Source: Bacteroidales bacterium (GTDB taxonomy: Bacteria > Bacteroidota > Bacteroidia > Bacteroidales > VadinHA17). From it: 64,000 nucleotides of DNA. The notes under the pieces are model-generated. The model searched no databases, was not told the DNA's origin, and was given only the letters and a program-made list of their open reading frames with translations. The stretch lies in NCBI GenBank assembly GCA_038207725.1, contig JBBQZN010000005.1:23877-87876 (forward strand), written 5' to 3'. Shown piece by piece: positions 8,560 to 17,876 of the stretch (position 1 is its first letter; the number at the start of each line of letters is the position of its first letter). The translations under genes were made by a program, and so were the position numbers.

Positions 8560-11247
8560 GTGGGAAAAAGAATCGCTATAATTCTTTCAGTGCTCCTGAT
8601 ATCAGGTCTGGCTATTCTTACATATTATTTTATTCAGGGAAGGAAGAGTTTTTTTTCTGATCCATGGAAGAGTGTCGCTTCAGATGCATCAATAGTCATT
8701 GAGTCGTTAGACATTCAGAGTTTTATGAACTCTCTCACAACCGGCAAAGGACTCTTCGGTGAAATTCCTGCTATAAAAGGATTAGAAGAATTCAATGTCA
8801 GGCTGAAATATATAGCTGATCAGCTCAATAAACCTTCAATAAAGAAGATTCTTGGCGATGGGCCTGTTATCCTGTCTTTTCACAACGACAAAACAAACAC
8901 ACTGAGACCATTATTCTCAAAAGCTCTTTATGGTAAAATAAAAGTGAAGCAGGTAAAAGATGCTCTTCGCACTTCGGGGGTCGACGACACAAAGGCAACT
9001 ATTGACGGGGCTGCTTCCTTGCTTGGGGTACCCTTTAAATATGGATCACATTCAGATACGGTATATTTTTCAATTGTTTCAGGACTAATTCTTTGCAGCA
9101 CTTCAGAAGAAGTAATAATTAAGGCAAAAGAGCAGACTTCGCAGGAAAATGATGTACGAAGCATGCCGGGTTTTTCACGTGTTCTTATGGCTTCAGGCAA
9201 GAATGAAGACAAAATCTTCGTCATTTTTTCAAACCTTTCAGCAGTGCTGAAATCCATGACAAGGGAAAAGGGTTCAGATAATGCAGAAAATGGTCGCGAC
9301 CATTCTCTGCCAGTAGGAACTGCGGGGGCAGATATTTTTATCAATGATGATGGTCTCGTGCTCAGTGGTTATACTGAAAGCACTGATTCTAAAGATCTTC
9401 TTTACAGATATAAAACAGTTACTCCTGCAACTTTTCTTACTTACAGAATACTGCCATCTTCAACAGCTTTGTTCGAAACACTGATACCTCCGCTTGCTTT
9501 GCCTGTGATACAGAAAGATACTTCTATAAATCAGAGAACAATTGACCTGGCTCTGCAGCTGCGACAGTACATGGGAGATGAGATAACAAGAGCAATTATC
9601 GAAATCAGGGAGCGTCCTGTCGCAGATAATACTCTTATCATATATAAATTAAACAACCGCGATCAGGCTGAAAAGGCATTTCTTGAATCTCTTCCTGAAG
9701 GAAATGAAATATTATGGTTTGAACCTGACGATCAGGTTAAGATTCCGGTTTACAGGTGCTCACTTCCGGGATTGAAGAAGCTGTTTGTTTCCGGCTTTTC
9801 GAGCACAACTAATGAGACATTCTTTACATTTTATGACAACTTTCTTATTACAGGTAGTTCCTATGTTACAGTTTCCAGAATACTCTATGATAACCTTTTG
9901 AACAAAACACTTGCAAATGACCTTAGCTACCGCGATTTTGAAAGCTCTCTTCCCAGCCGGTCGGGTTACTTCTTCTATTGCGTACCATCAAGGATAACAG
10001 ACTATCTGGAAGATTTTCTAAATGCTGATATAATAAGCGCATTTAGGGAGAATAAAAACTCTTTAAATAAGATAAGTGCTGCCGGCTACCAACTGGCGTC
10101 GAGTAATGGCATGATTTATAATAGTATGTCAATAAGGTTCAAAGATAAGGCAAGGGAAGAATCAACTACAGAATGGGAAACATTGCTTGATACTGTTGCT
10201 GCCATAAAACCTTTCTTTTTCACAAACCATACTACCGGTGCAAAAGAAATATTTATTCAGGATCTGAAAAATAATATTTACCTGATAAACATAGCAGGCA
10301 GAGTTCTTTGGAAAGTGCCACTCAATGAAAGAATAGGAGGTTCTGTCTTCATGATCGATTACTTCAATAATGGAAAATACCAGCTTCTTTTTTCCGGAAG
10401 GAACTTCCTGCATCTGCTCGACCGTAACGGTAATTATGTGGAACGCTATCCGGTAAAACTCCGTTCGCCGGCTTCTAACACTCTGGCAATGTTCGATTAC
10501 GATAACAACCAGACATACCGGCTATTTATTGCAGGCGATGACAAGCTCATCTACTCTTACGATAAAACAGGAAGTGTTGTGAAGGGATGGAAGCCATTCC
10601 GGACCTCAGGTGTAGTTAAAAATGAAGTGAGTTATTTTAAAGTTTCAGGCAAGGATTATATTGTTGCATCTGATGAATCATCTGTTTACATGCTCGACCG
10701 GACAGGCAACAGGAGGGTAACCTTCAGGGAGGCCGTTGTGAAGGCCAAGAACTCTGCCATGAGACTGGTTACAGGTTCGGACCCGTACATTGTATGCACT
10801 GCACCTGACGGAACAATTCAGCAGCTGCGATTCGACGGGAATGTCAGCAAGTTTAGTCTGGGAAGATTTTCGGGAGAGCATTCGTTTGATATTTTTGACG
10901 TAGATGGTGATGGTTTTGGTGAATATATTTTTATTGATAAAGGTATCTTGTATCTTTATGATCACAATAAAGCAGAGATGTTCACAAGGGATTTCGGCCC
11001 GGATGATCTTGGAGGACCTCTCAATTTCGTTTTTTCAGGTTCAGAAAGAAAAATAGGAGTGTTTGACATAACGAAGAAACAGATTTACCTCATCGGCAAT
11101 TCAGGTGAAACAATGAATGGCTTTCCGCTCAGAGGAGCGTCTATGTTCTCAATTGGGAAACTGTCGGAAAAAAGTGGCTGGCATCTTATTGTCGGCGGAA
11201 CTGACAGATTTCTATATAATTACAAGATTGATAATGATATTAAATAA
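8560..11247 (+). CDS. membrane-anchored protein of unknown function with beta-propeller-like C-terminal region
   Basis: ORF 8521..11247. The TTG at 8521 lies inside the predicted -7 box, so GTG 8560 is the more likely start (GKRIAIILSVLLISGLAILTYYFI is a single N-terminal TM). The C-terminal ~330 aa carry repeated strand motifs (WKVPL, RYPVKL, KGWKPF, NGFPL) and one FG-GAP-like DVDGDGFGEYIF. Confidence 0.7.
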   Translation: MGKRIAIILSVLLISGLAILTYYFIQGRKSFFSDPWKSVASDASIVIESLDIQSFMNSLTTGKGLFGEIPAIKGLEEFNVRLKYIADQLNKPSIKKILGDGPVILSFHNDKTNTLRPLFSKALYGKIKVKQVKDALRTSGVDDTKATIDGAASLLGVPFKYGSHSDTVYFSIVSGLILCSTSEEVIIKAKEQTSQENDVRSMPGFSRVLMASGKNEDKIFVIFSNLSAVLKSMTREKGSDNAENGRDHSLPVGTAGADIFINDDGLVLSGYTESTDSKDLLYRYKTVTPATFLTYRILPSSTALFETLIPPLALPVIQKDTSINQRTIDLALQLRQYMGDEITRAIIEIRERPVADNTLIIYKLNNRDQAEKAFLESLPEGNEILWFEPDDQVKIPVYRCSLPGLKKLFVSGFSSTTNETFFTFYDNFLITGSSYVTVSRILYDNLLNKTLANDLSYRDFESSLPSRSGYFFYCVPSRITDYLEDFLNADIISAFRENKNSLNKISAAGYQLASSNGMIYNSMSIRFKDKAREESTTEWETLLDTVAAIKPFFFTNHTTGAKEIFIQDLKNNIYLINIAGRVLWKVPLNERIGGSVFMIDYFNNGKYQLLFSGRNFLHLLDRNGNYVERYPVKLRSPASNTLAMFDYDNNQTYRLFIAGDDKLIYSYDKTGSVVKGWKPFRTSGVVKNEVSYFKVSGKDYIVASDESSVYMLDRTGNRRVTFREAVVKAKNSAMRLVTGSDPYIVCTAPDGTIQQLRFDGNVSKFSLGRFSGEHSFDIFDVDGDGFGEYIFIDKGILYLYDHNKAEMFTRDFGPDDLGGPLNFVFSGSERKIGVFDITKKQIYLIGNSGETMNGFPLRGASMFSIGKLSEKSGWHLIVGGTDRFLYNYKIDNDIK

Positions 11248-11254
11248 GAAGGAG

Positions 11255-13384
11255 ATGAAGAGGAGAGAAATATTGTTGATTTCGTTTGTTATGGTTCTCA
11301 TAACCGCAGCCTGCATAAAAGAGACCTATAATATGGATAAACTTTCGACTAAAGCGTCTTTTTCTCCTACTTTGGCCCTTGCTGCCATTAAAGGGAATAT
11401 ATCCCTGAAAGATATGATTAAACCCAGCGATACTGTCGTATTTGGTGCCGATAAGTCTGTTAAGTTAGTCTTCAAAGAAGATACTGCTATTCTGCTTGAG
11501 CTGAAAGACATGTACGATTTTGACGACATGGTAACCTTTAGTGACAGTTACACCATTGGCCCGATAACCCTTGCAGATTTTCAGGGGAGTGTTAATTTTA
11601 CCCTGAATCAGATCGTGCAATCTTTTTCCTCGACAGCGTTAAAAAACACATTCATAGCCCTTAATGACGGGGCGACACACCCATTTCCTTCTTTTCCTTC
11701 AACAGCACTTACGGAAACATCAATTACTTCATTCACGAATTTTGAATCGGCTGTCTTCAGTTCAGGATTCATTGACATATCTGTAAAGAACAACCTTACT
11801 GCACCTCTTAACACCATTTCAGTAAGTCTTTTTAACTCCACAGGGCACACACTTATAGGAACTTCAATAACCATACCTGCTGCTCTGCCTGGTCAAACGC
11901 AGTTGGCTTCAATTAACCTCACAAACCAAACTGTAAGCAACTCCCTTAAAGTTGCTGCCATACTTTCCGGAAGCCCGGGAAATACAACTCCTGTACTTAT
12001 AAGTCTGGCTAACAGCGGAATTCAGATAACAGTGAAAGGTCGCGATCTTAAAGTAAAATCAGGAAGAATTATTGTCCCTGCTCAGCCTCTTACAAATTTT
12101 GACAACAAAGATACAATGACTTTTAATCCGGGAGCGGGAATTGAGGTTGATGAGCTTAAAATGCTGGCAGGAAGCCTTTCATATCATATTCAGTCAACGG
12201 CTCCGCTTAGCGCGTCTCTTAGTTTTAAGATTCCTTCATCAAAACGCAATAATATACCTATAAATGAAACAATTCCAGTTCCTTCAGGCGCCAATGTGAA
12301 TGGAACAATCACTTTGACTAATTCATTTTTTGATCTCGGAGATGACCCTAAAAAGCCATATAACAGGCTGGCTGTTGAATATGCTATTGATATTAATGCA
12401 GGGAGTGCGCTGGTTAATTTCAATGAGACCAATGAGATAAAGATGGATATGCAATTGCTTAATCCATCCTTCGATTACCTCAAAGGATATTTTGGCCAAC
12501 AAACAGAAACTATCGACCCAGGCACAATGAACCTTGATATTAAAGATATTCTCCGCAATATTACAGGAACAATGCTTATTTCAAATCCATCTATTAAGTT
12601 TAATTACTTAAATTCATTTGCTGTTCCCGCTGAGTTTACTTTAAATGCATCAGCAAAGAGGAACACTCAAACTGTAAACCTTGCGCTTACACCTGCCACA
12701 TACAACCTGCTTACACCCGTTGGTGCACCGGTTACCAGAGATATAGCAGGAGTAATTGCGATCAATAAGACCAACTCTGCCCTTCCGGCATTGATATCAT
12801 TGCCTCCTGAGGAAATAGTATTTTCAGGCTCCGCAAAGATGAATCCTGCCGGTGATCCAACTCATCTTAGAAATAATTATGTATTCGGAGACAGCAGATT
12901 CCTGGGATCCGTTGAGGTTGAGGTTCCGCTTGAGTTCAGGTTTAATAACCTCCAGTTCACTGATACAATTGATAACTTCTTAAAAGACACCGGGGGAGCT
13001 GATGATAGTCCTGTAAAGCCTGAAGATTTTAAGCTCTTACGCATTGACCTGACAGCTAAGAACGGATTCCCAATGGGTGTATCAATCAAAATGAAGCTTT
13101 ATGACCCTGTTACAAAGACAGTAAAAAGTACAATCGATGCAACAGATCTGCTTAAACCGGCAACAGTTGATGCCAGCGGTAAAGTAACAGCCTCCGTTGA
13201 ATCGATAACAAAACTTGAGTTTACACGTGAATTCTTCAGCATGGTAAATAAAGCAGATGAAGTCATAATTCAGTTCACACTTAATACCACAGGAAATGGA
13301 GCCGGCGATGTGAAAATTTATTCCGACTATAATATTGAATTCAATGCTGCGCTAGTAGTGAAACCAGAAATTAAATTTAATTAA
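11255..13384 (+). CDS. lipoprotein of unknown function (709 aa)
   Basis: ORF 11117..13384 trimmed to ATG 11255, 7 nt after the upstream stop. MKRREILLISFVMVLITAAC|IKE is a lipoprotein signal. Internally there are similar beta-sandwich-like segments (GFIDISVKNNLTAPLNTISVSLFN and LRIDLTAKNGFPMGVSIKMKLYD). Confidence 0.7.
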   Translation: MKRREILLISFVMVLITAACIKETYNMDKLSTKASFSPTLALAAIKGNISLKDMIKPSDTVVFGADKSVKLVFKEDTAILLELKDMYDFDDMVTFSDSYTIGPITLADFQGSVNFTLNQIVQSFSSTALKNTFIALNDGATHPFPSFPSTALTETSITSFTNFESAVFSSGFIDISVKNNLTAPLNTISVSLFNSTGHTLIGTSITIPAALPGQTQLASINLTNQTVSNSLKVAAILSGSPGNTTPVLISLANSGIQITVKGRDLKVKSGRIIVPAQPLTNFDNKDTMTFNPGAGIEVDELKMLAGSLSYHIQSTAPLSASLSFKIPSSKRNNIPINETIPVPSGANVNGTITLTNSFFDLGDDPKKPYNRLAVEYAIDINAGSALVNFNETNEIKMDMQLLNPSFDYLKGYFGQQTETIDPGTMNLDIKDILRNITGTMLISNPSIKFNYLNSFAVPAEFTLNASAKRNTQTVNLALTPATYNLLTPVGAPVTRDIAGVIAINKTNSALPALISLPPEEIVFSGSAKMNPAGDPTHLRNNYVFGDSRFLGSVEVEVPLEFRFNNLQFTDTIDNFLKDTGGADDSPVKPEDFKLLRIDLTAKNGFPMGVSIKMKLYDPVTKTVKSTIDATDLLKPATVDASGKVTASVESITKLEFTREFFSMVNKADEVIIQFTLNTTGNGAGDVKIYSDYNIEFNAALVVKPEIKFN

Positions 13385-13400
13385 TCATTTAGAAACCTGT

Positions 13401-14876
13401 ATGATGATTACTAAAACAAAATATATACTGATACTGATCCTGACTTTTTTAACAGTCAGTGCATCAGCTCAGAACAGTCAGGTTATGTACTACATGAACC
13501 TTCCGCAGAACCATCTTCTTAATCCGGCCCTGCGACCTTCTAATACAGTTTCTATAGGATTACCTGCGTTATCAGGGATCAATATGAATGTTAACAATAA
13601 TTTTGTTAATTTCTCAGATGTTTTCCAGAACAGCACTACTTCCGATTCAGTTTACACATTCCTTCATCCAAAGTATAATATGGAAACATTTCTGGATAAG
13701 ATAAAAGACAAAAACTTTCTTGAACCGGAAATTAGTGTACAGCTTTTTAGCCTCGGATTCAGTGCAGGAAATGATCTCTATATATTTATAGACATAAATG
13801 ACCGGGTGGCAGGGAATGCTGTTATTCCCGGAGATATTTTCAAGCTTGCTCTGCGCGGGAATGAGAGTTTTAGAGGAAAGTCCATTGACCTGTCCACATT
13901 ACGGGCTGATATGAAGTATTTCAGAGAATTTGGCTTTGGCTTTTCAAAGAACTTTACAGATAAACTGAGAATTGGAGTTAAAGGGAAGATGCTATTCGGA
14001 ATAGCTACTGCCTCCGTTGATAATAATGCATTTGGAATTACTGTTAACTCTGATTATACACATACGCTTGATGCGGATATGAGTGTGAACTTCAGTGCAC
14101 CTCTTATAGTTACAAAGAATGCTTCAGGCGATATTGAAAGCATTAAGTTCGACGACACCAGGTTCGACACAAATAAGGGGATTATGGATTTTGCGCTGGG
14201 CAAAAAAAACACAGGATTTGGAATTGACATCGGAGCAACTTATGATATAAGCGATAAACTATCTCTATCTGCAGCCATTACCGATTTGGGTTATATCAAC
14301 TGGAAGAAAGATCTTGTTAATCTTAAGGCAAAAAGCAGTTTCGAGTTCAGCGGACTAAGTATGGTTGACATTGTTAACGGGACAAAAACCATCGATGAAC
14401 TTGGGCAGGAGATGCTCGACTCACTGAAAAATTCATTTGAGATCTCCGACACAAAAAATCCTTTTAAAACATATCTCCCCACTGGTGTAACTGTAGGAGG
14501 CAGCTTTAAAGTAACTAAAAGTTTCTCACTAGGCATATTGTCATACAGCCGGTTTGTCGGAAAACAGATAAGGGAATCGGTTTCTTTATCAGCGAATGTT
14601 AATATTAAAAATACTTTTTCTACAAGTTTTAGCTATACGATAGCAAACAGCAGGTATGATAACCTGGGCTTTGGAATTGCATTCAAACCCGGAGTATTTC
14701 AGTTTTATATGATGACCGACAGGATCCCGGTTGTATGGAATAAAGCGATTGTTGATGGAAAATCAATTCCCTTTCCGGCAAGCTGGAATACAATAAATTT
14801 GAGATTGGGAATGAATCTTGTCTTTGGGAACAAAGTGAAGAAGAAGAATGACAAACCAATGGTTGTTGTGGAATAA
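13401..14876 (+). CDS. outer-membrane beta-barrel protein with PorP/SprF-like N-terminal signature (possibly DUF5723-like)
   Basis: 491 aa with signal peptide LTFLTVSASA|QNS. The mature N-terminus QNSQVMYYMNLPQNHLLNPALRP parallels the PorP motif QQDPLSSQYMFNTLTYNPGIAG of the porP in this window. There are many amphipathic strand segments (TGFGIDIGATYDI, SFSLGILSYSRF, LGFGIAFKPGVFQFYMM). Confidence 0.65.
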   Translation: MMITKTKYILILILTFLTVSASAQNSQVMYYMNLPQNHLLNPALRPSNTVSIGLPALSGINMNVNNNFVNFSDVFQNSTTSDSVYTFLHPKYNMETFLDKIKDKNFLEPEISVQLFSLGFSAGNDLYIFIDINDRVAGNAVIPGDIFKLALRGNESFRGKSIDLSTLRADMKYFREFGFGFSKNFTDKLRIGVKGKMLFGIATASVDNNAFGITVNSDYTHTLDADMSVNFSAPLIVTKNASGDIESIKFDDTRFDTNKGIMDFALGKKNTGFGIDIGATYDISDKLSLSAAITDLGYINWKKDLVNLKAKSSFEFSGLSMVDIVNGTKTIDELGQEMLDSLKNSFEISDTKNPFKTYLPTGVTVGGSFKVTKSFSLGILSYSRFVGKQIRESVSLSANVNIKNTFSTSFSYTIANSRYDNLGFGIAFKPGVFQFYMMTDRIPVVWNKAIVDGKSIPFPASWNTINLRLGMNLVFGNKVKKKNDKPMVVVE

Positions 14877-14888
14877 AAGATTTATAAA

Positions 14889-15077
14889 ATGATTTTAGTA
14901 CGGTATTTTTTAATTGGCTTAATAATATTTTTGATTTTCAGGTCATTTGCGTCATCTGTTGGAGGAGGGCAAGCTGACCCCGGAAAGCCGGAACAAAAGA
15001 ATAACCCTAAATCGCCGGTAAAGAAAGTTTCAAAAGAGATTGGGGAATATGTTGATTATGAAGAGGTAAAGAAGTAA
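14889..15077 (+). CDS. small single-pass membrane protein (DUF4834-like, from memory)
   Basis: 62 aa. It has an N-terminal TM (YFLIGLIIFLIFRSF) and a charged tail ending GEYVDYEEVKK. It starts 12 nt after the upstream stop. Confidence 0.5.
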   Translation: MILVRYFLIGLIIFLIFRSFASSVGGGQADPGKPEQKNNPKSPVKKVSKEIGEYVDYEEVKK

Positions 15078-15085
15078 CCGGGGTT

Positions 15086-15841
15086 CTATTTGCCTGCTTT
15101 TCTTAGTTTTTTCGCCATTGAGTTGGCAAAGACAAAGTCGTTTAAAGTAGAACAGTCAGAACTAAGTATCTCATCTTTATTTCCTTCCCAGCACACTTCA
15201 CCATCATTGATGAAGACCACCTTTTCACCTATTTCCATCACTGAATTCATGTCATGGGTATTCACAATGGTAGTAATCGAATACTCTTCAGTAAGCTCCT
15301 TAATAAGTTCGTCAATAAGAATTGCTGTCAATGGATCGAGACCTGAGTTTGGTTCATCACAGAAGAGGTATTTTGGATTTAATGATATTGCCCTTGCGAT
15401 TGCAACCCTCTTTTTCATCCCTCCCGATAACTCTGCAGGGAAAAGTTTATTGGCATTTAAAATATCAACTCTGTTGAGGCAGAAATTTACTCTTTCGTTT
15501 TTTTCTGCGGGACTCATATCTGTGAACATGTCAAGAGGGAACCTTACATTCTGTTCAACCGTCTGGGAGTCAAAGAGAGCGCTTCCCTGGAAAAGCATTC
15601 CAATCTCACTTCTTATTTTTTTCAGTTCGCTGAAGCCAAGCTTATTAAATAGTGTATCTTCAAACCAGATCTCACCACTATCTATTTCATGTAAGCCTAC
15701 AATTGATTTCAGAAGGACAGTTTTTCCCGATCCGCTTCGTCCGATAATGAGATTTGTCTTCCCTGTTTCAAATGTAACTGACACATCATTGAGAACGGAC
15801 TTTCCGTTGAATGATTTATTCACGTGTTTTACAGTAATCAT
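15086..15841 (-). CDS. ABC transporter ATP-binding protein, MlaF-like
   Basis: 251 aa with Walker A GRSGSGKT, signature LSGGMKKRVAIARA and Walker B LFCDEPNSGLD. There is a 4-nt ATGA overlap with the upstream permease gene. Confidence 0.9.
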   Translation of the reverse strand: MITVKHVNKSFNGKSVLNDVSVTFETGKTNLIIGRSGSGKTVLLKSIVGLHEIDSGEIWFEDTLFNKLGFSELKKIRSEIGMLFQGSALFDSQTVEQNVRFPLDMFTDMSPAEKNERVNFCLNRVDILNANKLFPAELSGGMKKRVAIARAISLNPKYLFCDEPNSGLDPLTAILIDELIKELTEEYSITTIVNTHDMNSVMEIGEKVVFINDGEVCWEGNKDEILSSDCSTLNDFVFANSMAKKLRKAGK

Positions 15842-16581
15842 GACAAAAGAAGCTGAGTGAGAATTACATTAAAAAATAGTATCACGATGCTACTGTAAAC
15901 AACTGCTTTTGTGCTGGCACGACCTACTTCGAGCGATCCGCCTTCTACGTAATACCCCTGAAAGGCAGAAACACTTGTTATAATGAATGCAAAAAACACA
16001 GTCTTAATTAAAGAGTATACTATATAATAAGGAATGAAGGCATATTGAATTCCGTAGATAAAATTTTCAGATGTTACTACACCGGAAAGAGTTCCGGCGA
16101 TCCACCCTCCGAATATTCCAACAATAATACCAATTAGGGTAAGGATAGGGTTGAAGATAAGCGTTGCAATTATTTTAGGAAGAATAAGATAAGAGGCAGA
16201 GTTAACTCCCATTATCTCAAGGGCATCGATTTGTTCAGTAACCCTCATAGTTCCAATTTCAGACGCAATATTTGAGCCAACTTTCCCTGCAAGAATAAGA
16301 GCTGCTACAGTTGATGAAAACTCAAGAATTATTGAATCGCGGCAACCAAGGCCAATAAGGTATTTGGGGTAAATAGGGTTCGAAGTATTATAAGCGGTCT
16401 GAAGCGTTATAACAGCTCCCATGAAAAAGGAAATTATGGCGATAATACCTGCTGAATATAATCCGAGATAAACAAGTTCCCTCATTGTCTGACGGTAATA
16501 AATAGCAGGCTTCTCAGGTTTTGAGAATACTTTTTTCAAAAGTAAGAAATAGAGTCCGAACTGTGTCAGAAACTTAATCAT
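15838..16581 (-). CDS. MlaE-family ABC transporter permease
   Basis: ORF 15838..16605 begins at a TTG. ATG 16581 gives MIKFLTQFGLYFLLL... It is a multi-TM protein of MlaE type, directly upstream of the MlaF-like ATPase. Confidence 0.85.
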   Translation of the reverse strand: MIKFLTQFGLYFLLLKKVFSKPEKPAIYYRQTMRELVYLGLYSAGIIAIISFFMGAVITLQTAYNTSNPIYPKYLIGLGCRDSIILEFSSTVAALILAGKVGSNIASEIGTMRVTEQIDALEIMGVNSASYLILPKIIATLIFNPILTLIGIIVGIFGGWIAGTLSGVVTSENFIYGIQYAFIPYYIVYSLIKTVFFAFIITSVSAFQGYYVEGGSLEVGRASTKAVVYSSIVILFFNVILTQLLLS

Positions 16582-16668
16582 ATCATTTACTGTATAGCCG
16601 GTCAAAATTACTAATATTTACGCAAATTACCTTATTCCCCTTTTGAAACCTTATCGCATAATTAATTA

Positions 16669-16676
16669 TATATTTG
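16669..16676 (+). promoter_or_regulatory. -7 box (TAnnTTTG) for the mannose-1-phosphate guanylyltransferase gene
   Basis: TATATTTG, 28 nt upstream of ATG 16704. Confidence 0.5.
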
Positions 16677-16703
16677 CAGAACCGATGAAATAATAGCCGA
16701 TCT

Positions 16704-17789
16704 ATGAGTAACAGGTACGTAATTATAATGGCAGGAGGAGTCGGAAGTCGATTCTGGCCTCTTAGCCGTAGTGAAAAGCCCAAACAATTTCTGGATATAC
16801 TCGGAACAGGAGAGAGCCTTATTCAGCAAACTTTCAGGCGCTTTAAATCAATCTGCCCGACAGAGAATATTTTTGTTGTAACTAGTGCTGAGCATAAAGA
16901 ACTGGTTATTGAACAACTGGGAATGGATCCTTCCAGGGTACTTGGAGAGCCTTTCCGCAGAAATACTGCACCCTGTCTTGCATACGGCACTTTCAGAATT
17001 CTTAAGGAGAATCCTGATGCAATAATTGCAGTTACTCCGGCTGACCATCTTATTGTTAAGGAGGAAAAATTCTGTCAGGTCATTAAAAACTGTTATGATT
17101 TTGCTGAGGGGAATGATGCTCTTGTTACAATAGGAATTCAGCCTGATCGCCCTGAAACAGGTTATGGATATATTCAGGCTGACCAGAAAAAGCCGGTTAA
17201 GGGATTTCAGAACCTTCTTAAGGTTAAAACTTTTACAGAAAAACCTGATATTGACCTTGCAAGGGTATTTCTTGAGAGTGGCGACTTTTTCTGGAATTCT
17301 GGAATTTTTATCTGGAATATAAAATCTATTCTGACAGCTTTTGAAAAACATCTTCCCGATATGTATAATGTTTTTGATGAAGGGAGGGAGTCTTTTGGAA
17401 CCAGACAGGAGAAGAGCTTTGTTGGCAAGACTTATACAGAATGCCGGAGTATTTCGATTGATTATGGTATAATGGAAAAGGCTGGCAATGTATATGTAAT
17501 GTGGACCGATATTGGCTGGTCTGATCTTGGAACATGGAGTTCCCTTTATGAGCATACAGAACTCGATAAGGATAAAAATGCCATTGTCAGTGGTGAGGTT
17601 TTTTCATACGACAGTAATGGGAATATTTTTAACATCCGACCCGGAAAAGTAGCTGTTCTTCAGGGGTTGGAAGACTATATTGTAGTTGATTCAGACGATG
17701 TTCTCCTTATTGTAAAGAAGGAAGAGGAGCAAAACATTAAACTATATCTCGACGACGTTAAAAAATCAACCAAGGATAAATATATGTAG
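16704..17789 (+). CDS. mannose-1-phosphate guanylyltransferase
   Basis: 361 aa. It has the nucleotidyltransferase N-terminal motif IIMAGGVGSRFWPLSR and family-typical length. Confidence 0.85.
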   Translation: MSNRYVIIMAGGVGSRFWPLSRSEKPKQFLDILGTGESLIQQTFRRFKSICPTENIFVVTSAEHKELVIEQLGMDPSRVLGEPFRRNTAPCLAYGTFRILKENPDAIIAVTPADHLIVKEEKFCQVIKNCYDFAEGNDALVTIGIQPDRPETGYGYIQADQKKPVKGFQNLLKVKTFTEKPDIDLARVFLESGDFFWNSGIFIWNIKSILTAFEKHLPDMYNVFDEGRESFGTRQEKSFVGKTYTECRSISIDYGIMEKAGNVYVMWTDIGWSDLGTWSSLYEHTELDKDKNAIVSGEVFSYDSNGNIFNIRPGKVAVLQGLEDYIVVDSDDVLLIVKKEEEQNIKLYLDDVKKSTKDKYM

Positions 17790-17837
17790 GGACCGGTCGC
17801 AACTGTTCCTCTCACCCAACAATATCACAAAAAAAAA

Positions 17838-17859
17838 GAGATTGTCAATTGACAACCTC
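17838..17859. terminator. bidirectional stem-loop terminator between the guanylyltransferase gene and gldN
   Basis: GAGATTGTCAA/TTGACAACCTC is a palindrome with one mismatch. It is flanked by A9 on the left and T7 on the right, so there is a U-tract in both directions. Confidence 0.7.
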
Positions 17860-17876
17860 TTTTTTTGTTCAATATC

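Noticed and set aside
11117-11254. A 46-codon upstream extension of the lipoprotein ORF overlaps the end of the preceding gene.
   Set aside because: The extension has no signal-peptide character. ATG 11255 gives a textbook lipoprotein leader directly after the upstream stop.
11250-11254. An AAGGAG/GGAG Shine-Dalgarno-like sequence directly abuts ATG 11255.
   Set aside because: The spacing of 0-1 nt is too short for a functional SD, and Bacteroidota generally do not rely on SD pairing. It is probably coincidental.
15090-15860. A 256-aa plus-strand ORF spans the entire MlaF-like gene in antisense.
   Set aside because: The minus-strand frame carries complete Walker A, signature and Walker B motifs. 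The antisense product is Ser/Phe/Ile-rich and low in complexity, with no recognisable motif and no promoter box. It is a classic shadow ORF.
16848-17555. A 235-aa minus-strand ORF, plus two nested ORFs, lies inside the mannose-1-phosphate guanylyltransferase gene.
   Set aside because: The plus frame has the nucleotidyltransferase motif and full family length. The antisense ORFs have no features and odd composition.
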